64,000 bases of DNA. It comes from Mobula hypostoma (taxonomy: Eukaryota). The stretch spans positions 254,698,001 to 254,762,000 of the forward strand of contig NC_086097.1 of NCBI RefSeq assembly GCF_963921235.1, read 5' to 3'. The translations under genes and the position numbers were made by a program. The notes beneath the pieces were generated by a model, which saw only the letters and a program-made list of their open reading frames with translations, made no database searches and was not told where the DNA came from. Of the stretch, positions 12,755 to 24,373 are shown piece after piece. How positions within the stretch are numbered: the stretch's first letter is position 1; each line of letters begins with the position of its first letter.

Positions 12755-14498
12755 TTTCTTTCTTTTTAAATCTTTTTATTGAATTAGTACACAAAAGGTA
12801 AAACATATAGCAACCAATACATTGTTACAATATAAATATACAAGTAATATTAATACAAAAAAACAATGCAAACTATGTAAGTTAGTTATAAAATAACAAG
12901 GTATATAGTTGTATACTAATTTTCCATATATATATCAATAAAGTAGAAAAAAAAAACCCCAAAAAAACCCACCGTGCAACTAACCTACAAAGCAAAGCAA
13001 AGCAATGGGCTAACTGGGTACAAAGTAGACTTAAACAGCTTAAACAATCACGTCCTCAAACCAGACCTCCACTAGTAAAAGATAAAATCCACGAAGGGAG
13101 TGTCTATATGATCAGAGAGAAAAAAAAAGTTACATTAAATGAAGATGTTGAATAAAAGATCTCCAGGTCTGTTCAAATTTAACTGAAGTATCATAAAGAT
13201 TACTTCTGATTTTTTTCCAAATTTAGACAGTTTTTTTGAGAAAACCAAAAAAAAACGTAGTTGGGGCATTAATCTCCTTCCAATGTTGTAGAATATATCT
13301 TTTCGCCATTAAAGTAAGAAATGCAATCATTCTACGCGCTGAGGGGGATAAATTACTAGAGGTTTTAGGTAATCCAAAGATAGCAGTAATAGGATGGGGA
13401 GAAATATCACTATTCAAAACCTTTGAGATAATATTAAAAATGTCTTTCCAAAAAGTTTCCAGAGTAGGACAAGACCAAAACATATGGGTCAAGGAAGCAA
13501 TCTCCCCATGACATCTATCACAAAAAAGGTTAATATTAGAGTAAAAACGAGTTAATTTATCTTTAGACATGTGTGCTCTATGGACAACTTTAAATTGAAT
13601 CAAGGAGTGTTTGGAGCAGATAGAAGAAGTATTAACAAGTTGTAAAATATGAGCCCAACCTTCCGCCAGGATAGTAAGACCCAATTCCTTTTCCCAGTCA
13701 GTCCTAATCTTATCGAATGGAGCTATCCTAAGTTTCATGATAGTATTATAAATAATAGCTGTTACACCTTTCTGACATGGGTTAAGGTTAACGATAGTGT
13801 CTAAAATATTTGTAGGGGGTAACACCGGAAAGGAAGAAAGTATGGTACTTAGGAAATTTCTAACTTGCAAATATCTAAAAAAAAGTGTGTTCTTGGTAAA
13901 TTGTATTTCACAAGATCACAAGACAAAGGAGCAGAAGTAGGCCATTCGGCCCATCGAGTCTGCTCTGCAGCTCCCCCATGAGCTAAACTATTCACCCATC
14001 TGGTTCCAATTTCTGGCTTTTTCCCCATATCCCTTGATACCCTGACTAATTAGATACCTGTCAATCTCCTCCTTAAACACCCTCAATGATCGGGCCTCCA
14101 CAGCTGTATGTGGCAACGAATTCCACAAATCCACGACCCTCTGGCTAAAAAAATTTCTCCTCATCTCGTTTTAACTGGGTACCCTCTAATTCTAAGACTA
14201 TGGCCTCTCGTCCTGGACTCACCCACCAAGGGAAACAACCTTTCCACATCTACTCTGTCCAACCCTTTCAACATTCGAAATGTTTCTATGAGATCCCCTC
14301 TCATAGATAACTGTTCAAAAGACATAAGGGAGCCATCTGAAAATAAGTCCAAAAACTGTGATATACCATTAGTCTTCCAAATTTGAAAGGCACGGTCCGT
14401 AGAGGAAGGGAGAAAGAATATATTGCCAATAATAGGAATCGCTAGCACAAATTGATTAAGATCAAAAAATTTTCGGAATTGAAACCACATGCGTAAGT
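12755..14498 (-). mobile_element. 5'-truncated L1 of a related subfamily, interrupted by a CR1 3' fragment (about 13909-14304)
   Basis: ORF 13223-13870 closely matches the C-terminus of the intact ORF2; same 3' end aataaaaagatttaaaaagaaa; 14-bp TSD gaatctcgagatct at 12741 and 14499. Confidence 0.93.
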
Positions 14499-14514
14499 GA
14501 ATCTCGAGATCTGA

Positions 14515-15025
14515 AGGTCTCTGTTGGTTAGGGTTGACCATTGATGCTGCATGCTAGCTACCATGCACAAGCCAATATCCCAGCCAGGCCAGTATGATAT
14601 GGAGCGCGAGCTGTTGCTCACACAGCAATCTCCCTCTTGCCACGCAGCCGATGCACCCAAAGAAACGGCAGAGACCATCACAATTTGGCACCAGTGGCAT
14701 CGCAGAGCTGCCGGTCAGCATTGAACTCAACGTAGGTCTGCCTTAGGCTCTCCAATTCTGGATCTTTCCCCTCGGGGTTTACTGCTGGAGTCTTCCCCAT
14801 GAGCGGGTATAGCTGCAAGGCATCGGAGCTTTGTGGTCACAGTTTTCCCTCTCCTAGATGAGCTGCCTGAAGTGACTGGTTTTAAGACGCCAGTAAACCG
14901 TCTTTGCCTCTACTCCTGTCGGTAGACACGGTCCTGCCAGGCCCAGTAGCTAGGCCACACGTGAAGGACAGGAGCTGTCAGAGGCTATTTGAGGCACACA
15001 CCATTGGCAGCATTTAATAATGGGG
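14515..15025 (-). repeat. Unclassified non-coding interspersed repeat (related copies at about 17461-17825 minus and 39296-39860 plus)
   Basis: Shared block agagggaaaactctgatYtcaaacctc...cgggagtaaaccc.gagg...ggagtccctaag in three places. Confidence 0.7.
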
Positions 15026-15381
15026 AGCATAACAACTATTAAAGTACAGGCCATTACAAAGAAAAGCACTGACTGCCCTCTCTTTCTTCCTGGTTCTGCT
15101 GAAAACCTGAAAAACTAACTCTGCTTCTCTCCGCAGTGATGCTGCCTCACCTGCTAAATGTCTCCAGCATCTTGTGTTTTATTTTCCTCTTCCTGCCCAT
15201 TCGGTGTTCCTCAGTCAACCAAGATGGATTGGCAGATTCGACTCAGTGGGACAAATGGCCTCATTTTGCTCCAGTGTCTTATGGCGTACACAATAACTGC
15301 TTTCTTACCACCGGGTTAGGGACTGCGCCTGCTTAGGGTTTAAGTATTTCAGTGCAACCGTTCAACAGTTCCCATCAGTCT

Positions 15382-15773
15382 GTTGTCGGAGCAGTGCTGC
15401 CAGGATAATCGAGGACACGACCCACCCAGCCAACACACTTCTCGTCCCTCTTCCCTCCGGGAGAAGGTTCAGGAGCTTGAAGACTCGTACGGCCAGATTT
15501 GGGAACAGCTTCTTTCCAACTGTGATAAGACTGCTGAACGGATCCTGACCCGGATCTGGGCCGTACCCTCCAAATATCCGGACCTGCCTCTCGGTTTTTT
15601 TTTTTGCACTACCTTACTTTCCATTTTTCTATTTTCTATTTATGATTTATAATTTAAATTTTTAATATTTACTATCGATTTGTAATCCAGGGAGCACGAA
15701 GTGCAGAATCAAATATCGCTATGATGATTGTATGTTCTAGTATCAATTGTTTGGCGACAATAAAGTATAAAGT
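15382..15773 (+). mobile_element. Rex1/Babar-like 3' fragment
   Basis: PLPSGRRFRSLKTRTARFGNSFFP-type end; aataaagtataaagt tail; 8-bp TSD atcagtct (15374, 15774). Confidence 0.8.
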
Positions 15774-15870
15774 ATCAGTCTACAATAAAAAGGCATCCCT
15801 ACCTCAGCCTGTGTCTGTTGTAGGATCTTCTGTGATTTAATGAAATAAGGATATGCTGATCTTGCTGTAG
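15743..15870 (-). CDS. TMEM71: TMEM71 coding exon 8, (T)TARSAYPYFIKSQKILQQTQAE...; ends either at a donor after 15803 or by read-through to a stop at 15743
   Basis: ctttccttttccag acceptor after an 86-nt intron, phase-compatible and open; the 3' end is ambiguous (GAG|gtaggg possible donor). Confidence 0.6.
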
Positions 15871-15956
15871 CTGGAAAAGGAAAGGTGCACTGTAATTCAC
15901 CATTAACATGAGTGTAGGAAGTCAGAAGGAAATGACTGCACAAGATGTTTACGTAC

Positions 15957-16021
15957 TCAGTACGGTTGCAAACAGCAGTGTGGTACTGATCAGTGCAGCA
16001 ATCACTCCTCCGAGAAAGCAC
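15957..16021 (-). CDS. TMEM71: TMEM71 coding exon 7, second TM segment (R)CFLGGVIAALISTTLLFATVL
   Basis: ccag acceptor, A|gtacgt donor; 65 nt, phase 2 to 1; parallels recalled human WFMGEILASVFTCSLMITVA. Confidence 0.82.
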
Positions 16022-16025
16022 CTGG

Positions 16026-16530
16026 TTTTTTTACAAATATACAAAATGTTATTCAAATGACATGTTCGGGGGTTTACAAAACCGTTAACAATTTCAAATT
16101 AAAATACAGTTCCTATTGCCTATGAAACACTAAGTTCCCTGAGGGGCCCATTGTACTCATAATGACCACATGCTCCCTCTCTGAGGTCACCTGGGCATGA
16201 AAGGAACCCTGGAAGAAGGGCAGGTAGTTAGTTCGGGCAGCGCTCTCAACTACCCGTGACTCGGACTCATAACTGGCCATCTGGTCCAGGCCCAGGATCA
16301 GGACAAACAAGAGAGCCACACAGCGGCCCGCTTCCTCTCAATACTGAGTAACAGTGGAGCAGGAGTGGAGGATTGACGTGCAGCCAGAACGTCAGGAGCT
16401 GTCCCTTCAGATATTCAGAGGCTGCAACATCACACACCCGATGTACACATAGTACACATCTCTGCCTGGCCACAGAAAGGACGAGTGGACAGAGGGTCGG
16501 TAAACCGACTCAAATCTGTCACACATCACA
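16026..16530 (-). mobile_element. Decayed Tx1-like LINE 3' end
   Basis: Frameshifted pieces VYYVYIGC..LQPL / EYLKGQLLTFWLH.NP / YLPFF...V..EREH, plus an A tail near 16026-16032. Confidence 0.7.
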
Positions 16531-16594
16531 GTGAGGATTAACAATGAAACTAAAATCAAGTCAGAACTTCCAGTCAATCTTAAAATGAGCAAAC

Positions 16595-16670
16595 CTTGCG
16601 AATACAGTGATGGCGATGGAGAGGGCCAGAATTATCAGGTGGGAGAAGTAGTTCCTGATGGTTATTAAAT
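16595..16670 (-). CDS. TMEM71: TMEM71 coding exon 6, first TM segment (D)LITIRNYFSHLIILALSIAITVFA(R)
   Basis: ttctatttcag acceptor, AAG|gtttgc donor; 76 nt, phase 1 to 2; hydrophobic, parallels recalled human VFFQAILLAVCLIISACAR. Confidence 0.88.
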
Positions 16671-16790
16671 CTGAAATAGAATCAAGAAACACCTTCTAAT
16701 TAGTGATACAGCATTAATGGTTTGTTTAGTAAAAATGTGGCTAACTTAACTAGTAACACAATCAACTGTAGTTGCCATATATATTTACAA

Positions 16791-17254
16791 TGTTGGATCC
16801 AACTGCTTAATTCTTAGATTAGACTGTTTAATTGTTATTTTCTTTGAAATTTAATAATTTATTATCTGCTTGTATTTTTTGGAAGTTTCGTATGAACTGA
16901 GTGGTTATGCAAAGTATGATTCTGGAAAGCTCTGGAAGCTTCTTTGCTCTATATTATTTGAGTGAGTGCTTTCCCATTGGTTAATTTGGTACTGCAGAAT
17001 TTGAATAAGTGCTTTCTCATTGGTTAACTATTATCTAAAGACGCGAATGGAATTTTCCTTATCTCTGTAGTAGAAAAGTGTCTGCTCCATGCTGGGCGTT
17101 ATCTTAGTCTCTTTGTCTTTAACCCCTCTGCTACCGGCTTCTGCTCCTTTTCTTTTGTTCTATCAACACTTAATACAATGATCATGAAGCAACAAGATTT
17201 GTGCCTCTTCCCTGATCTCTGAAAGAACCTTGTATTGAAATATTAGACCCAACA
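16791..17254. mobile_element. Probable older solo LTR (464 bp)
   Basis: Termini tgttggatc...gacccaaca form a short inverted repeat with TG..CA; two gtgctttcYcattggttaa (CCAAT) repeats inside; TSD degenerate. Confidence 0.5.
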
Positions 17255-17259
17255 TCCAT

Positions 17260-18440
17260 TAGGTTGCTCAAAATCAATAAGACTAAAGGATTGATTGTGA
17301 ACTTCATGGAGGGGAAGTCAACGGATCACACACCAGTCCAAATCCAGGGGTCATCAGTGGAAAGGGTGAGCAGTTCCAAGCTCCTGACTGTCATCACTTC
17401 TGAGGATCTGTCCTGCACCCAACACATTGATGCAATTACAAAGAAGGCATGGTGGCATCTGTTAGTTTCGTGAGACCATGGATCTGCGCCTGGAAGGTCT
17501 CCAGGGCACAGGCCTGGGCAAGGTTGTATGGAAGACTGGCAGCTGCCCATGCAGCGTCTCCCCTCTCCATGACACTGACGTTGTTCAAGGGAAGGGCAAG
17601 GGCCGATACAGCTTGGCACCAGTGTCGTCGCCGGAGTTGCCAGAACGAGGTTGCAGGCAACGTCGGACTGCCTTAGGGACTCCAGCTCCGGATTTGTCCT
17701 CAGGGTTTACTCCCGAAGCCTTTCCCATGAGTGAGTATGGCCGCAAGGCAGCGGAGGTTTGAAATCAGAGTTTTCCCTCTCTTAGATGGACTGCCTTCCC
17801 AGGCTGACGAGCTCCATCTACCCGAAAAGAAGGCATAACAGTGGCTATGTTTCATTACATGTTTGAGGAGAATTGGTATGTCACCAAAAACACTTGCAAG
17901 TTTCTACAGATGTACTGTGGAGAGAATTCTAACTGGTTTCATAACTGTCTGAAATGGGAGGGGGAAATGATGGTATTAAATGCTGAGCTATAGTCAATGA
18001 ACAGCATCCTGACAGAGGTGTTTGTGTTGTCCAGGTGGTCTAAAGCCGTGTGGAGAGCCACTGAGCTTGCATCTGCCATTGAGCCATTCTGGTGATAGGC
18101 AAACTGCAGTGGGTCAGGTCCTTGCTGAGGCAGGAGTTCAGTCTAGTCATGACCAACCTCTCAAAGCATTTTATCCCTGTAGATATGAGTGGTACCGGGC
18201 GATTGTCATTAAGGCAGCCCACATTATTCTTCTTAGGCACTGGTTGCCTTTAAGTGGGAACTTCTGCCCATAGCAGGGAGAGGTTGAAAATGTCCTTGAA
18301 TACTCCCACTAGTTGGTTGGCACAGGTTTTCAGAGCCTTACCAGGTACTCCATTGGGACTGTCCGCCTTGCGAGGGTTCACCCTCTTTAAAGACAGCCTA
18401 ACATCGGCCTCTGAGACAGAGATCAGAGAGATCACATAAA
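17260..18440. mobile_element. Old Rex1/Babar-like fragments in both orientations, with a short repeat inserted at about 17461-17825
   Basis: INKTKGLIVNF...VERVSS (plus); VNPRKADSPNGVPG, LNDNRPVPL (minus). Confidence 0.65.
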
Positions 18441-18688
18441 TACCAGCGTGTATTTACAATATAAACAACATTATAAAAAGTGGCTTAAAGTGTTTACAGT
18501 GAAGTGACAGGGGTAACAGATAGGGGGGGTTAGGAGTGGGTCAACTAGAACATTTGAATTAGTAAAACAAAATACAACAGAATGAATGATGATAATCAAA
18601 AAGATGATTATTCCTCACTTGATCTCACTACCAAACAGCCTGCCCAGGAACGGTTCACGCTTCTTACATCACTTACAGCTCATCTCAC

Positions 18689-18880
18689 CTGGGCTATTTG
18701 TCGCATTATTGACGCAGTACTTTGCTGGTCGGATCTGGGAATGAGAAGGAAGATCCAAGAATCTTTGTGATCTGTCTATCAGTAGATCTTCAGTGGAGAA
18801 AACTTCAGCATCAATGAGAGGTTGAGCTTCTTCTAATAACCAAGATTTATCAGTCCTGGACAAATCCACACTACCTTGTC
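18689..18880 (-). CDS. TMEM71: TMEM71 coding exon 5 (variable linker), (G)QGSVDLSRTDKSWLL...NNATNSP
   Basis: ttacag acceptor, CAG|gtgaga donor; 192 nt, open, phase 1 to 1, bridging exons 4 and 6; unique non-repeat sequence. Confidence 0.8.
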
Positions 18881-20094
18881 CTGTAATCACAAAGCATGTT
18901 CTAGCATTATAACCTTGTACACATCTTTATCTGTTAGATATTTAAAGATTTACACTCTCTTTTCTCACAATAGTACATTCTACTGGCAGGAAAAGAAAAT
19001 GATGCAAGCACTGGTGTTCTCAGTTAAAAACAGAAAAGTCTAAATGAAAGTCATATCTATTTGTATAGGAAACAGTCAGCTAAGTATTTTCAGTACAGTC
19101 CCATTATCAACATCTTTGGATGCAAAATGTTTAAAATCAGAGAATCATTATGTTAGCCAAGTCTATACTGGCACTTTGTGGGCCAATTCAGTTGTCCCAT
19201 TTTCTTGTACACCTGCAGGTAATCACCCCTCAAGTATCCATTCATAACTCTTTTCAATGTCTAGTTTGCTTTTTGCATCGACTTCACAGTCACCAGGTTG
19301 CAGATTCTAACCAATCATGTTAACTTTCTTCTCACTGATCTTTTTGTCTTTCATATACTGAAGTACAAGTTCAATTTGTTCCGACTTCAGCTCTGAACTC
19401 ACTGGATGCGCTACCTTCCTGCTCTCACCTTCACTAGCTCGCGGCACTGCGAGTAATCCGCAGATTACCACCTTGGAAGTTCTGCTTCCCAACTCCAGAC
19501 ATTTAACGTGCAGGATCTCTGCCGCTCTGCTGCCTAGGTCATTGTCTTACATACAGATCAGATCATCACACAGTGCATTGAGGTAAAACGAGCAAAATGC
19601 TGCCACGGAGAATGGGAAGTGCAGACAAACAATGAGGTACAGGACAATTTGGCTGTTTAACTTTATCCCCAAGCACCACATCATTAGAAGATGTTGGATT
19701 TTGTGCAGCAGGAAAGGGAGTTCAAAAGAAGCAAGCTGGGGCAGTCGGGACATTCTGCATGCCACAGAATGTTGGATTGTGCAGAATCAGGCACTTGGCT
19801 AGGACCAATAAAAATAAGTTAGGTTTAAGCAGCGACCAATCCAACATGGAAGTTTGAGAGGAGGGTATTTCACTCAGGTCCACTGACCGAGCAGAAAAAG
19901 GGAGCAGTGAGTCGTGGCAGCATAGTTGACCATAAGACCTTAAGATACAGGATCAGAATTAGGCTATTTAGCCTATCATGTTTGCTCCACTATTTTGTCA
20001 TGGCTGATCCAAATTTCTTCTCAGCCCCAATCTCCTGCCTTCTCCCCTTTCATTATTACAACTGGAAAAGTCATTAAAGTAAAGATGAAATACA

Positions 20095-20488
20095 AAAACA
20101 ACAGGAATTCTGCAGATGCTGGAAATTCAAGCAACACACATAAAAGTTGCTGGTGAACGCAGCAGGCCAAGCAGCATCTCTAGGAAGAGGTACAGTCGAC
20201 GTTTCAGGCCGAGACCCTTTGTCAGGACTAACTGAAGGAAGAGTGAGTAAGGGATTTGAAAGCTGGAGGGGGAGGGGGAGATCCAAAATGATAGGAGAAG
20301 ACAGGAGGGGGAGGGATAGAGCCAAGAGCTGGAGAGGTGATAGGCAAAAGGGGATACGAGAGGATCATGGGACAGGAGGTCCGGGAAGAAAGACAAGGGG
20401 GGGGACCCAGAGGATGGGCAAGGGGTATATTCAGAGGGACAGAGGGAGAAAAAGGAGAGTGAGAGAAAGAATGTGTGTATAAAAATAA
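20095..20488 (-). mobile_element. Penelope-like element C, 3' UTR only
   Basis: Reverse complement of the B 3' UTR; hammerhead core mutated to CTGACAA; no TSD recognised. Confidence 0.88.
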
Positions 20489-21274
20489 GTGTACAAGCAA
20501 TAAGGAAAATGCTCAAACACTAAGATTGTATACATACCCGTACGAAAGGAATGGGTTGCACTTGAATCCAAGGGGGACTAATATTCTTGCGGGCAGATTT
20601 AATCGAGCTGTTGGGAGCAGTTTAACCTAATATTGCAGGGGGATGGAAACCAGTATGATAGAGCTGAGGATGAACCAGCAAGTTTGGAAGTTGATGATGG
20701 GTGTAGCATGAATGTATGGAAGGATGAGCCAATGATTGGGTACAAATGCAGGTGCAGCAAAGAGTTAAATTGTATCACAAAGGCAAAATTTAAAAGGGTA
20801 AAGAATATAGGACTGAAGGTGCTGTATTTAAATGCAAGTAGTGTTCAGAATAAGGTGGACAATGGAATTAAAGATCAGTCGGTATGACATTGTGGGCATC
20901 ACTGAGTCATAGCCGAAAGAAGGCCAGAGTTGGGAGCTTAATATACTTCATATCAAAAGGACAGGCAGGAAGGCATAGGCAATGGTATGGCTCTGTTGGT
21001 AAGAAATGGAATTACATCTTTAGAAAGAGGTGACATAGGGTCAGAGAATGTTGAGCCTTTGTGGGTGGAGCTAAGAAACTGAAAGGCGCAAAAAACCATT
21101 ATGGGAATCATATATAGGCCTCCAAATAGTAGCCAAGATGGGGAGTTGGGATTGCAAAGGGAGTTGGGAAAGGCATGTAATAAGATAATGACACGAATAT
21201 AATGGGGGTCTTCAACATGCAAGGTGATTGGCTAAATCAGGTTGGTGTCGGATTGCAAGAGAGGGAATTTGTTG

Positions 21275-21357
21275 TGTGACGGGGTCCTGAAGTACCCATA
21301 TGAACTGTGCTTTTGAAAAGAGAGAGAGAGAGTGTTGTGGAACACAGACACCTTGTT

Positions 21358-21405
<48 letters not shown>

Positions 21406-22075
21406 AGACTGCTCACAGTTTATTTATATGTTCCACAAGGACACTGGCAGCTTCCGTGTTCTTACAGAGAGAGGAGGGAGAGGCTGCTTGACGGACAGCT
21501 GGTATTCAGCACAGTGAGATAAATAGAAGGTCAGCTGCTAGACCTGGAGACACATGGTTTTAGACACTGAATGAGCTTTGTTGTGCCCACAGAAAAGGTG
21601 GGTTTTGGAGGATCGATCAGTAGCTCTCGCAGTGTGAAAAGGGAGTGACTGGTGGGGAGTTATTTGTGGGTTAATAGCTCCACCACAGAAGAATGGTCCC
21701 CTTTGTGGTGGTCATAGTTGGTGACTTCTAAAGGATTTCGGAGGACAACGGGAAGATCAATGGCATCAGCTCACCTGAAGACTCAAATCTCTCCCTCTCT
21801 CTCTCTATCAGTACTCAAGTCAATACCACGAATTGAAGTGATCTTTACTCATCATCATAAGACTATCTATTTATCCCTAGACTTGAAGAAGCTTGGTTTT
21901 CATATATTTCCACACTTACTTGTATATATAATCATTGCTAACCTGTCTGATATCTCTGCATTTATATTACCATATTGCGTAGTTAGTAATAAATTCCATT
22001 AGTTAATAGCAATACTGGACTCCAAAGTGTTTTCTATCTCTGCTGGCTCTTTAACCTGTCACAGGGTACGTGACA
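21275..22075 (+). mobile_element. Solo LTR (801 bp), probably Gypsy-type
   Basis: TGT...ACA termini; 4-bp TSD gttg; splits the CR1 sequence gaatttgttg|aatggctacg; internal (GA)n; AATAAA near the 3' end. Confidence 0.85.
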
Positions 22076-22752
22076 GTTGAATGGCTACGAGATGGCTTTT
22101 TGCAGCAGTTTGTGCTTGAGCCTACTCAGGGAAAGGCTATCTTAGATTGGGTGTTGTGTAATAACCCAGATCTTAGTAGGGAACTTAACGTAAAAGAACC
22201 CACAGGAGGCAGTGATGATAACAATATTGAGTTCATATACAATTTGAGAGGTAGAAGCATAATTCACATATATCTGTATTGCAATGGAATAAAGGAAATT
22301 ACAGAGGCATGAGAGAGGAGCTTGCCCAGGTGGATTGGAGGAGGATACTGGCAGGGATGACGGCAGAGCAGTGAAGGCTGAAGTTCCTGTGACTAGTTCA
22401 CAAGACGCAGGATAGATATGTCAATAGAAGTTGTTCTCAAATGGCAGGGGTTGGCAACCATAGCTAACAAAGGAAGTTAAGGATTGTATAAAAGCCAAGG
22501 AAAGGGCATATAAGGCAGCAAAAATGAATGGGAAATTGGATGATTGGGAAGCTTTTAAAATCCAACAAAAGGCAACAAATAAAGCTACAAGAAAGGGGAG
22601 ACTTCCGGTAGCGCTCATGGAGTGAAGTCGCGTTCTTGACTCGCTCCATTACCTCTGAGTTTTTTCTCTCTATGGTCAGCTATACTTTAATTAACTATTA
22701 AGGCATCAATTTTTACAATACTTTGAATTAAACTGAATTCTCTGACAATTGG

Positions 22753-23652
22753 ATGATACTGAGATCGGCTATGTCTAAGAACGGGAAAGACGGCAAGGAT
22801 GGTAAACCTCCGGTTAAACCGAAAGCTACGGATCTCCCTCCGACTGAATCACCGGTGACTTTGAAAGCGATATCGGAGTTAATTCAGAGGGAAATTTCAA
22901 CCTCTGTTAGGGAGATGATTCGTACAGAAATTATGGGCTTTGTTAAAGACCTGATTCATACGGAAATCTCAACTAAGTTCCAGAAAATTGCCGATTTAAT
23001 TGATAAGATGCAAACATGTATTGCGGAACATCAGTCGGCTATATCTGATCTTCAAAAATCCGCGCAACAAAGTGAGCTTAAGATGGGGAAAGTCGAAGAA
23101 ACAATTAATGTAATGAAGAAGAAACTTGACTTTTTGACTTTTAAAAACTCTGACTTGGAATCTAGAATGCGACGGCAGAATTTACGAATGATTGGCGTCA
23201 GGGAAGCCGTGGAAGCTAACAACCCTATGAAATATTTCTCCCAACTTTTAAAAGATGCATTCCCTACTGTATTTCCTGACCAACCACCGCTACTGGATCG
23301 TGTTCACAGAATCCCATCATACTCGTCTAGGTCAGATAGACCGAGGCATGTTATCTTACGTTTTCATTACTTTCAAGACAAGGAGAGACTGTTTCGATTC
23401 GCTCGATCTAAAGGTTTCATTGATTTTTCGGATCTTAAGTTCCGATTCGTGGAAGATTTCAGTAAACCAATCTGGGACCAACGGGTCCGTTACAGATCCG
23501 TGATGTCGGAATTCTATAAGATGGATTTAAGACCAGCGCTGCTGTACCCTGCACGTCTAAGGATTCGCATGTTAGATGGAGCCCTTCGTTTTTTTGATTC
23601 TCCATCGGATGCCCAGAGTTATCTGGATCAACTTTCATCTTCAACATCTTAA
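22753..23652 (+). CDS. L1 ORF1p (coiled coil plus RRM/CTD, Transposase_22-like)
   Basis: 299-aa ORF with DLESRMRRQNLRMIGVRE, HRI, PRHVILRF, EDFS and LYPARLRI motifs. Confidence 0.95.
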   Translation: MILRSAMSKNGKDGKDGKPPVKPKATDLPPTESPVTLKAISELIQREISTSVREMIRTEIMGFVKDLIHTEISTKFQKIADLIDKMQTCIAEHQSAISDLQKSAQQSELKMGKVEETINVMKKKLDFLTFKNSDLESRMRRQNLRMIGVREAVEANNPMKYFSQLLKDAFPTVFPDQPPLLDRVHRIPSYSSRSDRPRHVILRFHYFQDKERLFRFARSKGFIDFSDLKFRFVEDFSKPIWDQRVRYRSVMSEFYKMDLRPALLYPARLRIRMLDGALRFFDSPSDAQSYLDQLSSSTS

Positions 23653-24373
23653 TTGTCTTTTTTTAAATTTTCTCCGTTGATCGGAGGCTGTGAATTGGTT
23701 GGTTTTAACTTTTCTGTGCCCTATTTGGGCAGAAAAGTTTACTTTCGATTTCTTAATATGGCTGCTAAACTTTCTTTTTAATGCGTCATTTCTTTCTTTT
23801 CCCAGGGGATTCTGAGTGGTTACTTCCCTTTTGTCATCTTACGTATTTCCTGTGCGGCCTTAAATTTTGTAGTTTTTTTTAAATTTTATTCTGTTTTGCT
23901 TTTTATAATCATTTTATGTTAATAATCCTATTTTTTTTTGTTGCTGTGTCTATTCATGAGTTTGAGGTTTATTGTGGTTTTTTTTTAATATATACTTTCC
24001 GGCTTTTGTTCTGTTCTGTGTGTATTTTAATTGAGCTAACTTTTTTTTACTTATTTTTTTACTGTTTTACAATTAGCTGACCCTTTTCATATTTATACCT
24101 TTTTTTTAGGGAGCGTATACCGGAAGTCATGGGGGTAGTTTTAGCGCTTGCTTCTTTCTGGCGGGTCTGCTTTAGATTTCGCCTTGAGGTCTTGGGGTGG
24201 GGGGTGGTGGGAGGGGCTTCACGTTTTAGTTTGTTTCTCTTTGGGCTATATACATTATTGAAGTATTGGTTGCGTCCTTTTCCCCGGTATCTTTTGTATG
24301 TTCTGTTTCCTCTCCGGGTTTGTGGGTCGCGCCTATTGTCAATCCTCCTTGTTATGGGTTGACTTTAGGATTT

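Noticed and set aside
14900..14985. Possible HDV-like ribozyme in the unclassified repeat (ctcctg/caggag pairing, ttcacgt loop)
   Set aside because: Could not build canonical P1/P3/P1.1 by eye; needs a covariance-model search.
19307..19492. ORF ...SELKSEQIELVLQYMKDKK as an extra TMEM71 exon
   Set aside because: Its N-terminal half is a CR1 ORF1 remnant, it lacks good splice sites, and exon phases are already satisfied without it.
24266..24373. 36-aa N-terminal extension of ORF2 in the ORF track
   Set aside because: Starts at TTG; endonuclease homology begins at the ATG at 24374.
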